NCBI GenBank assembly: GCA_035699625.1
Contig: DASSPM010000159.1
Coordinates: forward strand, 11,203 to 75,202
Direction: 5' to 3'
Origin: Candidatus Limnocylindrales bacterium
GTDB taxonomy: Bacteria; Chloroflexota; Limnocylindria; Limnocylindrales; CSP1-4
Length of the DNA stretch: 64,000 bases
Notes under the pieces: model-generated
What the model saw: the letters and a program-made list of their open reading frames with translations, nothing else
Told to the model about the DNA's origin: nothing
The model's database searches: none
In this document: piece by piece, positions 46,703-54,662 of the stretch
Layout of the letters: the number at the start of each line of letters is the position of its first letter
How positions within the stretch are numbered: position 1 is the first letter of the stretch
Translations under genes and position numbers: made by a program

Positions 46703-47721
46703 CCGGGCACCTCCTCGAGGGCGACGTCGATGGGGCGGTGCTGCGTGGCCGACGCGAGCAGCAGGTTGGCCAGCACGACGGCCCACAGGCCGTCCTCGCC
46801 GCCCACCACGGGCGGGCTGCCGTCGCGCACGGCGGTGAAGAAGGCGTCGAGCTCGCGCCGCAGCGGCTCGGCCGGCTCGACCGGAAGGTGGACCGTCTCA
46901 CCGGCGAAGGTGGGCGCATAGCCGTCGAGGTAGGTCGGCGCCAGGTCGGCCGCGCCGCGCGTGAAGGTGAGCGACTGGGAGAGGTAGTCGGCCACGAACA
47001 TGCCCTCCTCGCCGAGCACGGTCACGCGGCGCTGCTTCTCCGGCGTCAGCCAGTTGACGTCGAGCGTGGCCAGGGTGCCGCCGGGGAAGGAGAGGAGGCC
47101 GTAGAGCAGGTCCTCGTGGGCGGTGTGGACGTGCTGCGTGGTCTCGGCGTAGACGCGGCTGGGACGCTCCCCAACCAGGTGGCAGATGACGTCCACGTCG
47201 TGCGTCGCCAGGTCGACGGCCACGCCCACGTCGCGGATGCGCTCCGGCAGGGGCCCACCGCGGACCGTCTTGACGCTGAAGATGCGCGACAGCGCGCCGC
47301 CGCGCAGCCGCTCCCCGAGGGCCAGCACGGCCGGGTTGAAGCGCTCGATATGGCCCGCCTGGAGGACCACGCCCGCGGCCCGTGCGGCGTCCACCAGCTC
47401 GCGCGCCTCGTCCACGGTCGCGGCCAGCGGCTTCTCCACGAGCACCGGCACGCCGCGCTCGATGGCCGCCAGCGCGACACGGTGGTGGAGTGTCGTGGGT
47501 ACGGCCACGATGAGTGCGTCGAGCTGCTCCTCCTCGAGCATCGCCAGCGGGTCGGCGAAGTCGCGCGCCGAGGAGGCCTGCTCGGCGGCCGTGATGCGCG
47601 CCGGCATGGAGGGATCGGCCAGCGCCACCAGCCGCACGTCGTCGCGGGCGACGAGGTTGCGCAGGTGGTTCCGGCCCATCGTGCCGAGGCCGGCCAGGCC
47701 GACGCGCAGGCGTGCGCTCAC
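46699..47721 (-). CDS. Gfo/Idh/MocA oxidoreductase (WbpB-like UDP-sugar 3-dehydrogenase candidate)
   Basis: VGLAGLGTMGRNHLRNL...VLVEKPLAATVDEAREL...GHIERFNPA. GTGA overlap with the aminotransferase gene. Confidence 0.85.
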   Translation of the reverse strand: MSARLRVGLAGLGTMGRNHLRNLVARDDVRLVALADPSMPARITAAEQASSARDFADPLAMLEEEQLDALIVAVPTTLHHRVALAAIERGVPVLVEKPLAATVDEARELVDAARAAGVVLQAGHIERFNPAVLALGERLRGGALSRIFSVKTVRGGPLPERIRDVGVAVDLATHDVDVICHLVGERPSRVYAETTQHVHTAHEDLLYGLLSFPGGTLATLDVNWLTPEKQRRVTVLGEEGMFVADYLSQSLTFTRGAADLAPTYLDGYAPTFAGETVHLPVEPAEPLRRELDAFFTAVRDGSPPVVGGEDGLWAVVLANLLLASATQHRPIDVALEEVPG

Positions 47722-48836
47722 GCCGGCCCCGCCTCCGAGCCGACGGCCTCGGCGAGCGGCGTGGCCACCTCGCGCACGGCGGCGATGATCGTCTCGAGCT
47801 CCTCCTCGGTCAGGTCCGGCCGCACCGGGATCGAGAGGACCTCCTCGGAGAGGCGTTCGGTGACGGGCAGCGAGACGTCGGCCGACTCGGGCGCGAGGCG
47901 CTTCAGATAGGGCTGGCGGTGCACCGGCACGGGGTAATAGATGAGCGTGCCGATGCCGCGCTCGGTGAGGCCCTCGACCACGCGTTCCCGCTCGCCGGGG
48001 AAGCGCATCGTGTACTGGTGCCAGACGTGCTCGCGGCCTTCCGGGACGCGCGGCGTGAGGTAGCCGCGCAGGCCCTCGCTGAGGCGGGCGGCGTTACGCC
48101 GGCGGCGCTCCGTGCGCTCGTCGAGCTGGGCCAGCCCGGCCATGCCCAGCGCCGCCGCAAGGTCCGTCGGCTTGAAGTTCGTGCCCAGCGCCTCGTGGTG
48201 GTAGCGCACGCGCATGCCGTGCGCGCGGTAGAGGCGCAGGCGATCGGCCAGTCCGTCGTCGTCGGTGGTGGCGAAGCCGCCCTCGCCGGTCATCAGGTTC
48301 TTGGTCGCGTAGAGGCTGAACATGGCCGGCCCGAAGCTGCCCGCGCGGCGGCCGCCGTAGGTCGCTCCGTGCGCCTGCGCGGCGTCCTCCAGCAGCAGCA
48401 GCCCGTGGCGCTGCGCGATCGCCGTGAGCGGCTCCATGTCGGCCATCAGGCCATACAGGTGGACCGGCATGATGGCCCGCGTGCGGGGCGTGATGGCGGC
48501 TTCCACGAGGGCGGGGTCGATGGTGAAGTCGTCCTCGCGGATGTCCACGAAGACCGGCCGCGCGCCGGTCTGCAGGATGACGCTGGCGGTCGCGTTGAAG
48601 GTGAAGGCAGGGCAGATGACCTCGTCGCCCGGGCTGATGTCGAGGCAGCGCAGGATGGCCTCCATGGCGACCGTCCCGTTGGCCATCAGCACGGCGTGGC
48701 GCACGCCGCAGTAGTCGGCCCAGGCCCGCTCGAACTCCTCCGTCCGGCGGCCCATGGCCAGCATCCCCGAGCGCAGCACCTCGAGCACGGCCTGCTCCTC
48801 GCGCGGGCCGATCTCGGGCCTCGAGATTGGGATCAT
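47718..48836 (-). CDS. DegT/DnrJ/EryC1/StrS-family sugar aminotransferase (WbpE-like)
   Basis: IPISRPEIGPREEQAVLEVLRSGMLAMG...NGTVAMEA...FSLYATKNLMTGEGG, which contains the PLP lysine context. Confidence 0.9.
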   Translation of the reverse strand: MIPISRPEIGPREEQAVLEVLRSGMLAMGRRTEEFERAWADYCGVRHAVLMANGTVAMEAILRCLDISPGDEVICPAFTFNATASVILQTGARPVFVDIREDDFTIDPALVEAAITPRTRAIMPVHLYGLMADMEPLTAIAQRHGLLLLEDAAQAHGATYGGRRAGSFGPAMFSLYATKNLMTGEGGFATTDDDGLADRLRLYRAHGMRVRYHHEALGTNFKPTDLAAALGMAGLAQLDERTERRRRNAARLSEGLRGYLTPRVPEGREHVWHQYTMRFPGERERVVEGLTERGIGTLIYYPVPVHRQPYLKRLAPESADVSLPVTERLSEEVLSIPVRPDLTEEELETIIAAVREVATPLAEAVGSEAGPA

Positions 48837-49525
48837 GCGCCGGCCTCGCCCGCCGCCAGGGCTGCCGCGTCAGCGGGCGCAGCGTTGCCGGGCCCGTCCG
48901 GCGCGACACGCTCGGCGGCCTCCTCGGAGACGACGGCATCGCCCGAGATGAGGAAGCGCCGACCGTCGCGCGGGCAGCGCCCGATGCCGTGTGCCTCGCC
49001 CGGCAGCGGCCGACCGTCGCCGTCGACGAGGCGCCGGCCGCAGTCGCAGACCCAGCCCATGCGGCGGGCCGGGTTGCCGGCCACCAGCGCGTGGTCGGGC
49101 ACGCTGCGCGTGACCACCGCGCCGGCCGCCACCAACGCGAAGCGACCGACGTCCGCTCCGGCCACGACGATCGCCCCGGCACCGACCGACGAGCCGTAGC
49201 GCAGCGTGATCGGGCTCAGCTCCCAGTCCGCATCGCGCGCCAGCTCGCCGTCCGGCGTGATGGAGCGCGGGAAGCGGTCGTTGGTGAGGATCGCGCCCGG
49301 CCCGATGAAGACGGCCGATTCCACGGTCACGCCGTGGTAGACGAGCGCGCCGTTCTGGATCTTGACCTTGTCGCCGACGTGCACTCCGGCATCGACGTAG
49401 GCGTCTTTGCCGATGATGCAGTCGTCGCCGATGACCGCCCCTTCGCGCACCTGCGCCCGGTTCCAGATGCTCGTCCCCTGGCCGATGCGCGCGTCCGGAG
49501 CGATGTCGGCGGAGGGATGGATCAC
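48833..49525 (-). CDS. hexapeptide-repeat N-acetyltransferase (WbpD-like) with a Cys/His-containing C-terminal extension
   Basis: GTG 49525 lies 10 nt after AAGGAG. The left-handed beta-helix repeats are IGQGTSIWNRAQVREGAVIGDDCIIGKDAYVDAGVHVGDKVKIQNGALV. The C-terminus carries WVCDCG...HGIGRC. Confidence 0.85.
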   Translation of the reverse strand: MIHPSADIAPDARIGQGTSIWNRAQVREGAVIGDDCIIGKDAYVDAGVHVGDKVKIQNGALVYHGVTVESAVFIGPGAILTNDRFPRSITPDGELARDADWELSPITLRYGSSVGAGAIVVAGADVGRFALVAAGAVVTRSVPDHALVAGNPARRMGWVCDCGRRLVDGDGRPLPGEAHGIGRCPRDGRRFLISGDAVVSEEAAERVAPDGPGNAAPADAAALAAGEAGA

Positions 49526-49690
49526 GAGTGTGGGACTCCTTCCGCGGCTGCGGCGGGAGTGTAGCGGAAAGGGTGCCCGGGTCAGCCCGGCCGGCAGGGG
49601 TCGTGCAGGCGACAGCACGCGCGCCCGGTTTCGGGGACCATAGGCGGCACGCCCGAACGGGCGGCACAGACTGCCCGTGACGGGGGACCC

Positions 49691-51286
49691 ATGGCCGACG
49701 GTGACTGGTGGCGCCACGGCGTCATCTACCAGATCTACCCGCGCAGCTTCCAGGACTCGGATGGCGACGGCGTGGGCGACCTGCCGGGCATCATCGCCCG
49801 CCTCGATCACCTCAACGGCGCGCCCGACTCCCTCGGCGTGGACGCCATCTGGCTGTCGCCCTTCTACCCCTCGCCGATGGCCGACTTCGGCTACGACATC
49901 AGCGACTACTGCGACGTCCACCCCATGTTCGGCACGCTGGTCGACTTCGACCGGCTGCTGGCCGAGGCTCACGCTCGCGGCATCCGGGTCATCATCGACC
50001 TCGTCCCCAACCACACCTCGGACCAGCATCCCTGGTTCCTCGAATCGCGCTCGAGCCGCAGCAGCCCGAAGCGGGACTGGTACGTCTGGGCCGACCCGAA
50101 GCCCGACGGTTCACCGCCCAACGCCTGGCAGAGCGTCTTCCAGCGGGTGCAGGAGTCGGCCTGGACCTTCGACCAGCGCACCGGCCAGTACTACCTCCAC
50201 TCGTTCCTGCCGCAGCAGCCCGATCTCAACTGGTGGCATCCCGAGGTGCGCCGGGCGATGGACCGGGTGGTGCGCTTCTGGCTCGAGCGCGGCGTGGACG
50301 GCTTCCGCATCGACGTCGCCACCAAGACGGTCAAGGTGCGCGACCTCGAGCACCCCACGCTGGAGTTCGCGCCCGGCCAGCCCGACCCGACGCCCCCCGC
50401 GGACGAGGCCGAGGTGCACGCCCTGTTGCGCACGCTGCGTGCCACGCTCGAGGAGTACGGCGAACGGATGGCCGTGGGCGAGGTCTTCGTGCTCGACCCG
50501 GCGATGATGGCCCGCTACTACGGCGAGCAGGCGGACGAGCTGCACCTCGCCTTCAACTTCCATTTCCTGCGTCAGCCCTGGGACGCCGACGGCTTCCGCG
50601 CCGCGGTGGAGGCCTTCGAGCGGGTGCTGCCGCCCGGCGCCTGGCCCGACTACACGCTCTCCAACCACGACAACCCGCGCCACGCCAGCCGCTACGACCA
50701 AGGCGGGCGCGGTCCGGCGCGGGCGCGCGTGGCAGCGATGATGCTGCTCACGCTGCGCGGCACGCCCTTCCTCTACTACGGCGAGGAGATCGGCATGACC
50801 GACGTGCCCATCCCACCCGAGCGGGTGGTCGACGTCGACGGCCGCGACCCCGAGCGGACGCCGATGCAATGGGACGCATCACCCTGCGGCGGCTTCACGG
50901 TGGGCGAACCCTGGCTACCCATGGGTGACGTGGCGAACATCAACGTCGCTGCCCAGCGAGGCGACCCGGCGTCGCTCTTCAGCCTCTACCGCCGGCTCAT
51001 CGCCCTCCGACGCGAGTCCGGGGCGCTGCGCTGGGGCAGGTATCGCAGCCTGGCCTCGCCGGGTGGCGTCTTCGCCTACGCGCGGCAGGCCGAGGGCGAA
51101 ACGCTGCTCGTGGCGCTCAACATGGGCGACGATCGGGACCGGGTGGACCTGGGCGTCGCGGGCCGGGGCAGCGTCGTGCTCGGCACGTCGATCGAGCGCG
51201 ACGGGGAGGCGGTCGACCTACGCTCCGTGGCCCTCGCGCGGGATGAGGGCGTCATCGTACGCCCGGAGGCGAGCGCGTCCGACTGA
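49691..51286 (+). CDS. GH13 alpha-glucosidase / oligo-1,6-glucosidase family
   Basis: WWRHGVIYQIYPRSFQDSDGDGVGDLPGI, DLVPNHTSDQHPWF, GFRIDVATK, GEVF and SNHDNPR are GH13 conserved regions I-IV. Confidence 0.92.
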   Translation: MADGDWWRHGVIYQIYPRSFQDSDGDGVGDLPGIIARLDHLNGAPDSLGVDAIWLSPFYPSPMADFGYDISDYCDVHPMFGTLVDFDRLLAEAHARGIRVIIDLVPNHTSDQHPWFLESRSSRSSPKRDWYVWADPKPDGSPPNAWQSVFQRVQESAWTFDQRTGQYYLHSFLPQQPDLNWWHPEVRRAMDRVVRFWLERGVDGFRIDVATKTVKVRDLEHPTLEFAPGQPDPTPPADEAEVHALLRTLRATLEEYGERMAVGEVFVLDPAMMARYYGEQADELHLAFNFHFLRQPWDADGFRAAVEAFERVLPPGAWPDYTLSNHDNPRHASRYDQGGRGPARARVAAMMLLTLRGTPFLYYGEEIGMTDVPIPPERVVDVDGRDPERTPMQWDASPCGGFTVGEPWLPMGDVANINVAAQRGDPASLFSLYRRLIALRRESGALRWGRYRSLASPGGVFAYARQAEGETLLVALNMGDDRDRVDLGVAGRGSVVLGTSIERDGEAVDLRSVALARDEGVIVRPEASASD

Positions 51287-51345
51287 CCAGCGCGCTTCGC
51301 GCCGGCCCCTATCATCGACGCGATGGGCCGCCGTCACCGACCCGC

Positions 51346-52560
51346 ATGCCGCTGACCCCGCCACAGCGGCTCGGCCGCGCGCTGCGCGATCCGAAGCAAC
51401 GCTGGGCGGTCATCGGGTCCCTGCTGGCGGTGCTCGGCGTGCTCGTGCTGGCCGTTCTGGCCGTGCTGGGCAGCCAGCCGTCGCGCAGCGCGGACGTGAC
51501 GCTGCCGCCGACCTTCGAGCCGAGCCCCAGCGCATCCGCCACCGCGTCCCCGACAGCCTCGACGGCGGCCGCCTCAGCCAGCCCGCCGGCCACGCCGGCA
51601 CCGATCTACGAGGGCCTCTCCGGCGTGGCCACGACCGCCGAACTGGCGCACCGCTATCCCATCGCCGTGATGCTCGACGACTCGCCCGCCGCACGGCCCC
51701 AGGCCGGCCTGGCCAGCGCCAGCATCGTCTGGCAGGCACCCGCCGAGGGGGGTATCCCGCGCTACATGGCCGTCTACCAGTCGGGCACGGCGCCGCTCAT
51801 CGGCCCGGTGCGCAGCGCGCGGCTCTACTTCGTGCGCTGGGCTGCCGAGTGGCGCGCCGTCTACCTCCACGCCGGGGGTCCGCCGCCGCTCAAGGCATTC
51901 CTCCGGGGCCGGCAGACGCTGGTCATCAACGCCGACGGCAAGCGCACCTTCCGCGTCGGCTGGCGCGCCGCGCCGCACAACCTCTACACCACCGGCGAGC
52001 GGATGCTCGAGTGGGCGCGCGCCAACGGCGGCACGGACGACCGCCTGGGCTACGACCCGGCGGCGCCCGGGGCGCTGCAACCGTTCCGCGATGCAGCCCC
52101 GCTCGGGGAGCGCGGCCCGGACGCCGGGCGCATCAGCCTGACCTACACCAGCGAGCGGGTGGACTACCGCTATGACCGCGCCACGAACACCTGGCTGCGC
52201 TTCGTCGACGGGCGCGAGCAGCGCGATGCGGAGACGCGCCAGGTGCGCGGCTTCGGCACCCGCACCGACGGGCCGCGCATCGCGCCCACGACGGTCGTGG
52301 TGATGGTCGTGCCCATCCGGCGCAGCTCGTCCATCGAGGGCCCGGCGCTGGGCCGCCTCGAGGCCGACTCCATCGGCTCCGGCAAGGCCTGGCTCTTCGT
52401 CGAGGGCCGCGTCGTGGCCGCCACCTGGAAGAAGGCCGACGAGCGGGCGCGGACGCGCTTCGTGGATGCCGCGGGCGCCGAGATCGTGCTGCCGCGGGGC
52501 CAGCTCTTCGTGCAGGTCGTGCCGCGACGCTCCGCCTTCGACTACGACCTGGAGGAGTAG
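51346..52560 (+). CDS. DUF3048-domain protein (YerB-like), membrane-anchored, paralog 1
   Basis: N-terminal TM helix, an Ala/Ser/Pro linker, then YPIAVMLDDSPAARPQAGLASASIVWQAPAEGGIPRYMAVYQ...VRSARLYFVRWAAEW. Confidence 0.82.
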   Translation: MPLTPPQRLGRALRDPKQRWAVIGSLLAVLGVLVLAVLAVLGSQPSRSADVTLPPTFEPSPSASATASPTASTAAASASPPATPAPIYEGLSGVATTAELAHRYPIAVMLDDSPAARPQAGLASASIVWQAPAEGGIPRYMAVYQSGTAPLIGPVRSARLYFVRWAAEWRAVYLHAGGPPPLKAFLRGRQTLVINADGKRTFRVGWRAAPHNLYTTGERMLEWARANGGTDDRLGYDPAAPGALQPFRDAAPLGERGPDAGRISLTYTSERVDYRYDRATNTWLRFVDGREQRDAETRQVRGFGTRTDGPRIAPTTVVVMVVPIRRSSSIEGPALGRLEADSIGSGKAWLFVEGRVVAATWKKADERARTRFVDAAGAEIVLPRGQLFVQVVPRRSAFDYDLEE

Positions 52561-52583
52561 CGCCGGACGCTGGCGCCCGGTGC

Positions 52584-53201
52584 CTAGCGCCCTCGCAGCG
52601 CGCGCAGGATGGCGCCGATAACGCCCAGGGTGACGGCGAAGGCCACGCCGGCGCGCCAATCGACGAGCGTGCGCACCTCGCCCGTCACGTTGCGCGCGAT
52701 GACCAGCACCGCGCCCGATTGGGGTCCCATCTCGACGCGGTTGGCGATCACGTTCATGGCGCCGGCCTGCTCGAGCCGGACCGAGTCGCGCGCCGCCACG
52801 AGCCGCCCGATGCCCTGGTGGATCTCGATGTTGCCGGCGAGGGCCACGCCCACGGCGCCCATCTCGACCTGGATGCGCTCGCCGCGCGCCAGGCCGATGC
52901 CGCCCTGGCGCACGTTGATCTCGCTCGACTCGACGCGCCCGGCACCGCCCTGCTTGATGTCGACGCGCTCGGCGCGCACCTCCTGGGCACCGCCCTGCAC
53001 GATGCTCACGCTGGTGGCCTCGATGCTTGCCGCCTCGTCGCCAGGGGCGGCTGCCGCGCTGCCGTTGCCGTCCTCGGCACGAGCGCGCCGTCGGGACGGC
53101 TTGACCGGCGCGTCACCGGCCTCGGCGACCGCCTCGAGAGCGGCCTGCGATTCCGCGCTCGAGAGAGAGCGCTCGTCGGGTGTCGGTCGGTTCGGGCTCA
53201 T
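52584..53201 (-). CDS. hypothetical tail-anchored protein with about 15-aa beta-solenoid-like repeats
   Basis: 205 aa. Repeats are VSIVQGGAQEVRA / ERVDIKQGGAGRVES / SEINVRQGGIGLARG / ERIQVEMGAVGVALAG / NIEIHQGIGRLVAAR / DSVRLEQAGAMNVIAN / RVEMGPQSGAVLVIAR. C-terminal TM helix VAFAVTLGVIGAIL. Confidence 0.65.
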   Translation of the reverse strand: MSPNRPTPDERSLSSAESQAALEAVAEAGDAPVKPSRRRARAEDGNGSAAAAPGDEAASIEATSVSIVQGGAQEVRAERVDIKQGGAGRVESSEINVRQGGIGLARGERIQVEMGAVGVALAGNIEIHQGIGRLVAARDSVRLEQAGAMNVIANRVEMGPQSGAVLVIARNVTGEVRTLVDWRAGVAFAVTLGVIGAILRALRGR

Positions 53202-53405
53202 GGTGTCCTCCTGGGGCGTCCGTGGTGCGGCGGACGACCTCTGCGCGGGTGCCTAGCCTAGCGCGGCCGTGCCCCGGTCGCCCGCGGCGGGCCCGGACCC
53301 GGCTGCTACCATCGGCCGACCGTCGGCCGTCACCGGCGGACCCACGGCCGGCAGCCGGCCCCACCGGCCGCGCAGCCCCGGCCAGGAGAGACGCCCGGGA
53401 GGACC

Positions 53406-54650
53406 GTGCCCCGATCATTCGCACCGTACCGCGCTGGCCGGCGACGCTGGCTGGGCGTGCTCGCCGGCATGGGCGTCGTGGCCGTGGCGCTGGCGGCGCT
53501 CCTCCTGGCGCGGGCACCGGCCACGGCCGAGCCGTCACCTTCGCCGACGCCACCGGCCGCCACCGGCAGCCCGACGGGCGCGCCGACGCCCACGCCGACC
53601 GTCGGCGCCTCCCCGCTCCCCAGCCCCACGCCGACGCTGGCGCCACACGAGCCGGGGGCCGTGGCGGCCACGACCAACGGCGTGCTGGTGCCCTGGGCGG
53701 AGCGCGAGCGGGCCACGCGCCACCCCATCGCGGTCATCATCGACGACCACCCCGATGCCCGGCCGCAGTCCGGCCTCGCCTCGGCCGACATCGTCTACCA
53801 GGCACTCGCGGAAGGCGGTGTACCGCGCTACCTGGCCGTCTTCCAGGCCGGCGACGCGGAGGCCGTCGGGCCGGTCCGCTCGAGCCGCTTCTACTTCGTC
53901 GCCTGGGCCGCCGAATGGCGCGCCCTCCTGGCGCACGTCGGCGGCGCGCCCAACTCGCTGGCTTACCTGCGGCGCATCGACGGGCGCCTGGTCTGGAACG
54001 CCGACGAGTTCCGCTGGGGAGGCCGGGCCGGCTACTTCTGGCGCATCCGGCAGCGCCTCTCACCGCACAACGTCTACAGCTCGACCAGCCGGCTGCGGGA
54101 GCTGGCGGAGCGGCTGGGCGCGACCGCGCCCGTGAGCGGCTCGCCCTGGACGTTCACCGTGGAGACGCCGCGAGCGCGCCGGCCGAGCGGCGGCAGCCTG
54201 GTCATCCCCTATGCCTGGAACCGGGTCAGCTACCGCTACGACGCGGCCAGCAACCGCTACCTGCGCAGCGTGACGCGCGAGGGCAGGCAGGTGGACGCCG
54301 GCTCGGAGCGGCGCGTGGCCCCTGCCAACGTGATCGTGCTCTTCATGCGCACCGGCCGCCTCTCCGATTCGGGGCCGGGCAGCACGAACGAGGCGAAGGG
54401 ACGACTCGAGCTCGCCTTCACCGGCACCGGCCGGGCCCTCGTGCTGCGCAACGGCGAGGTCGTGTCGGCGGTCTGGTCGAAGAAGGACGACGCCGCTCCG
54501 ACGCTGCTGCGCTATCCCAGGGGCCATCGCCTGGCCGGCCTGCCGGTGCCGCTGGTGCGCGGCCAGATCTACGTGCAGGTGGTGCCGCTCTCGCTGCCCG
54601 TCTCGGTCAGGCGCGGCACGCCCGCCCCGACGCTGGTCGATCCGCGTTGA
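53406..54650 (+). CDS. DUF3048-domain protein, paralog 2
   Basis: Same architecture as 51346-52560: HPIAVIIDDHPDARPQSGLASADIVYQALAEGGVPRYLAVFQ...VRSSRFYFVAWAAEW. Confidence 0.82.
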   Translation: MPRSFAPYRAGRRRWLGVLAGMGVVAVALAALLLARAPATAEPSPSPTPPAATGSPTGAPTPTPTVGASPLPSPTPTLAPHEPGAVAATTNGVLVPWAERERATRHPIAVIIDDHPDARPQSGLASADIVYQALAEGGVPRYLAVFQAGDAEAVGPVRSSRFYFVAWAAEWRALLAHVGGAPNSLAYLRRIDGRLVWNADEFRWGGRAGYFWRIRQRLSPHNVYSSTSRLRELAERLGATAPVSGSPWTFTVETPRARRPSGGSLVIPYAWNRVSYRYDAASNRYLRSVTREGRQVDAGSERRVAPANVIVLFMRTGRLSDSGPGSTNEAKGRLELAFTGTGRALVLRNGEVVSAVWSKKDDAAPTLLRYPRGHRLAGLPVPLVRGQIYVQVVPLSLPVSVRRGTPAPTLVDPR

Positions 54651-54662
54651 CCGTGGTGCCGT

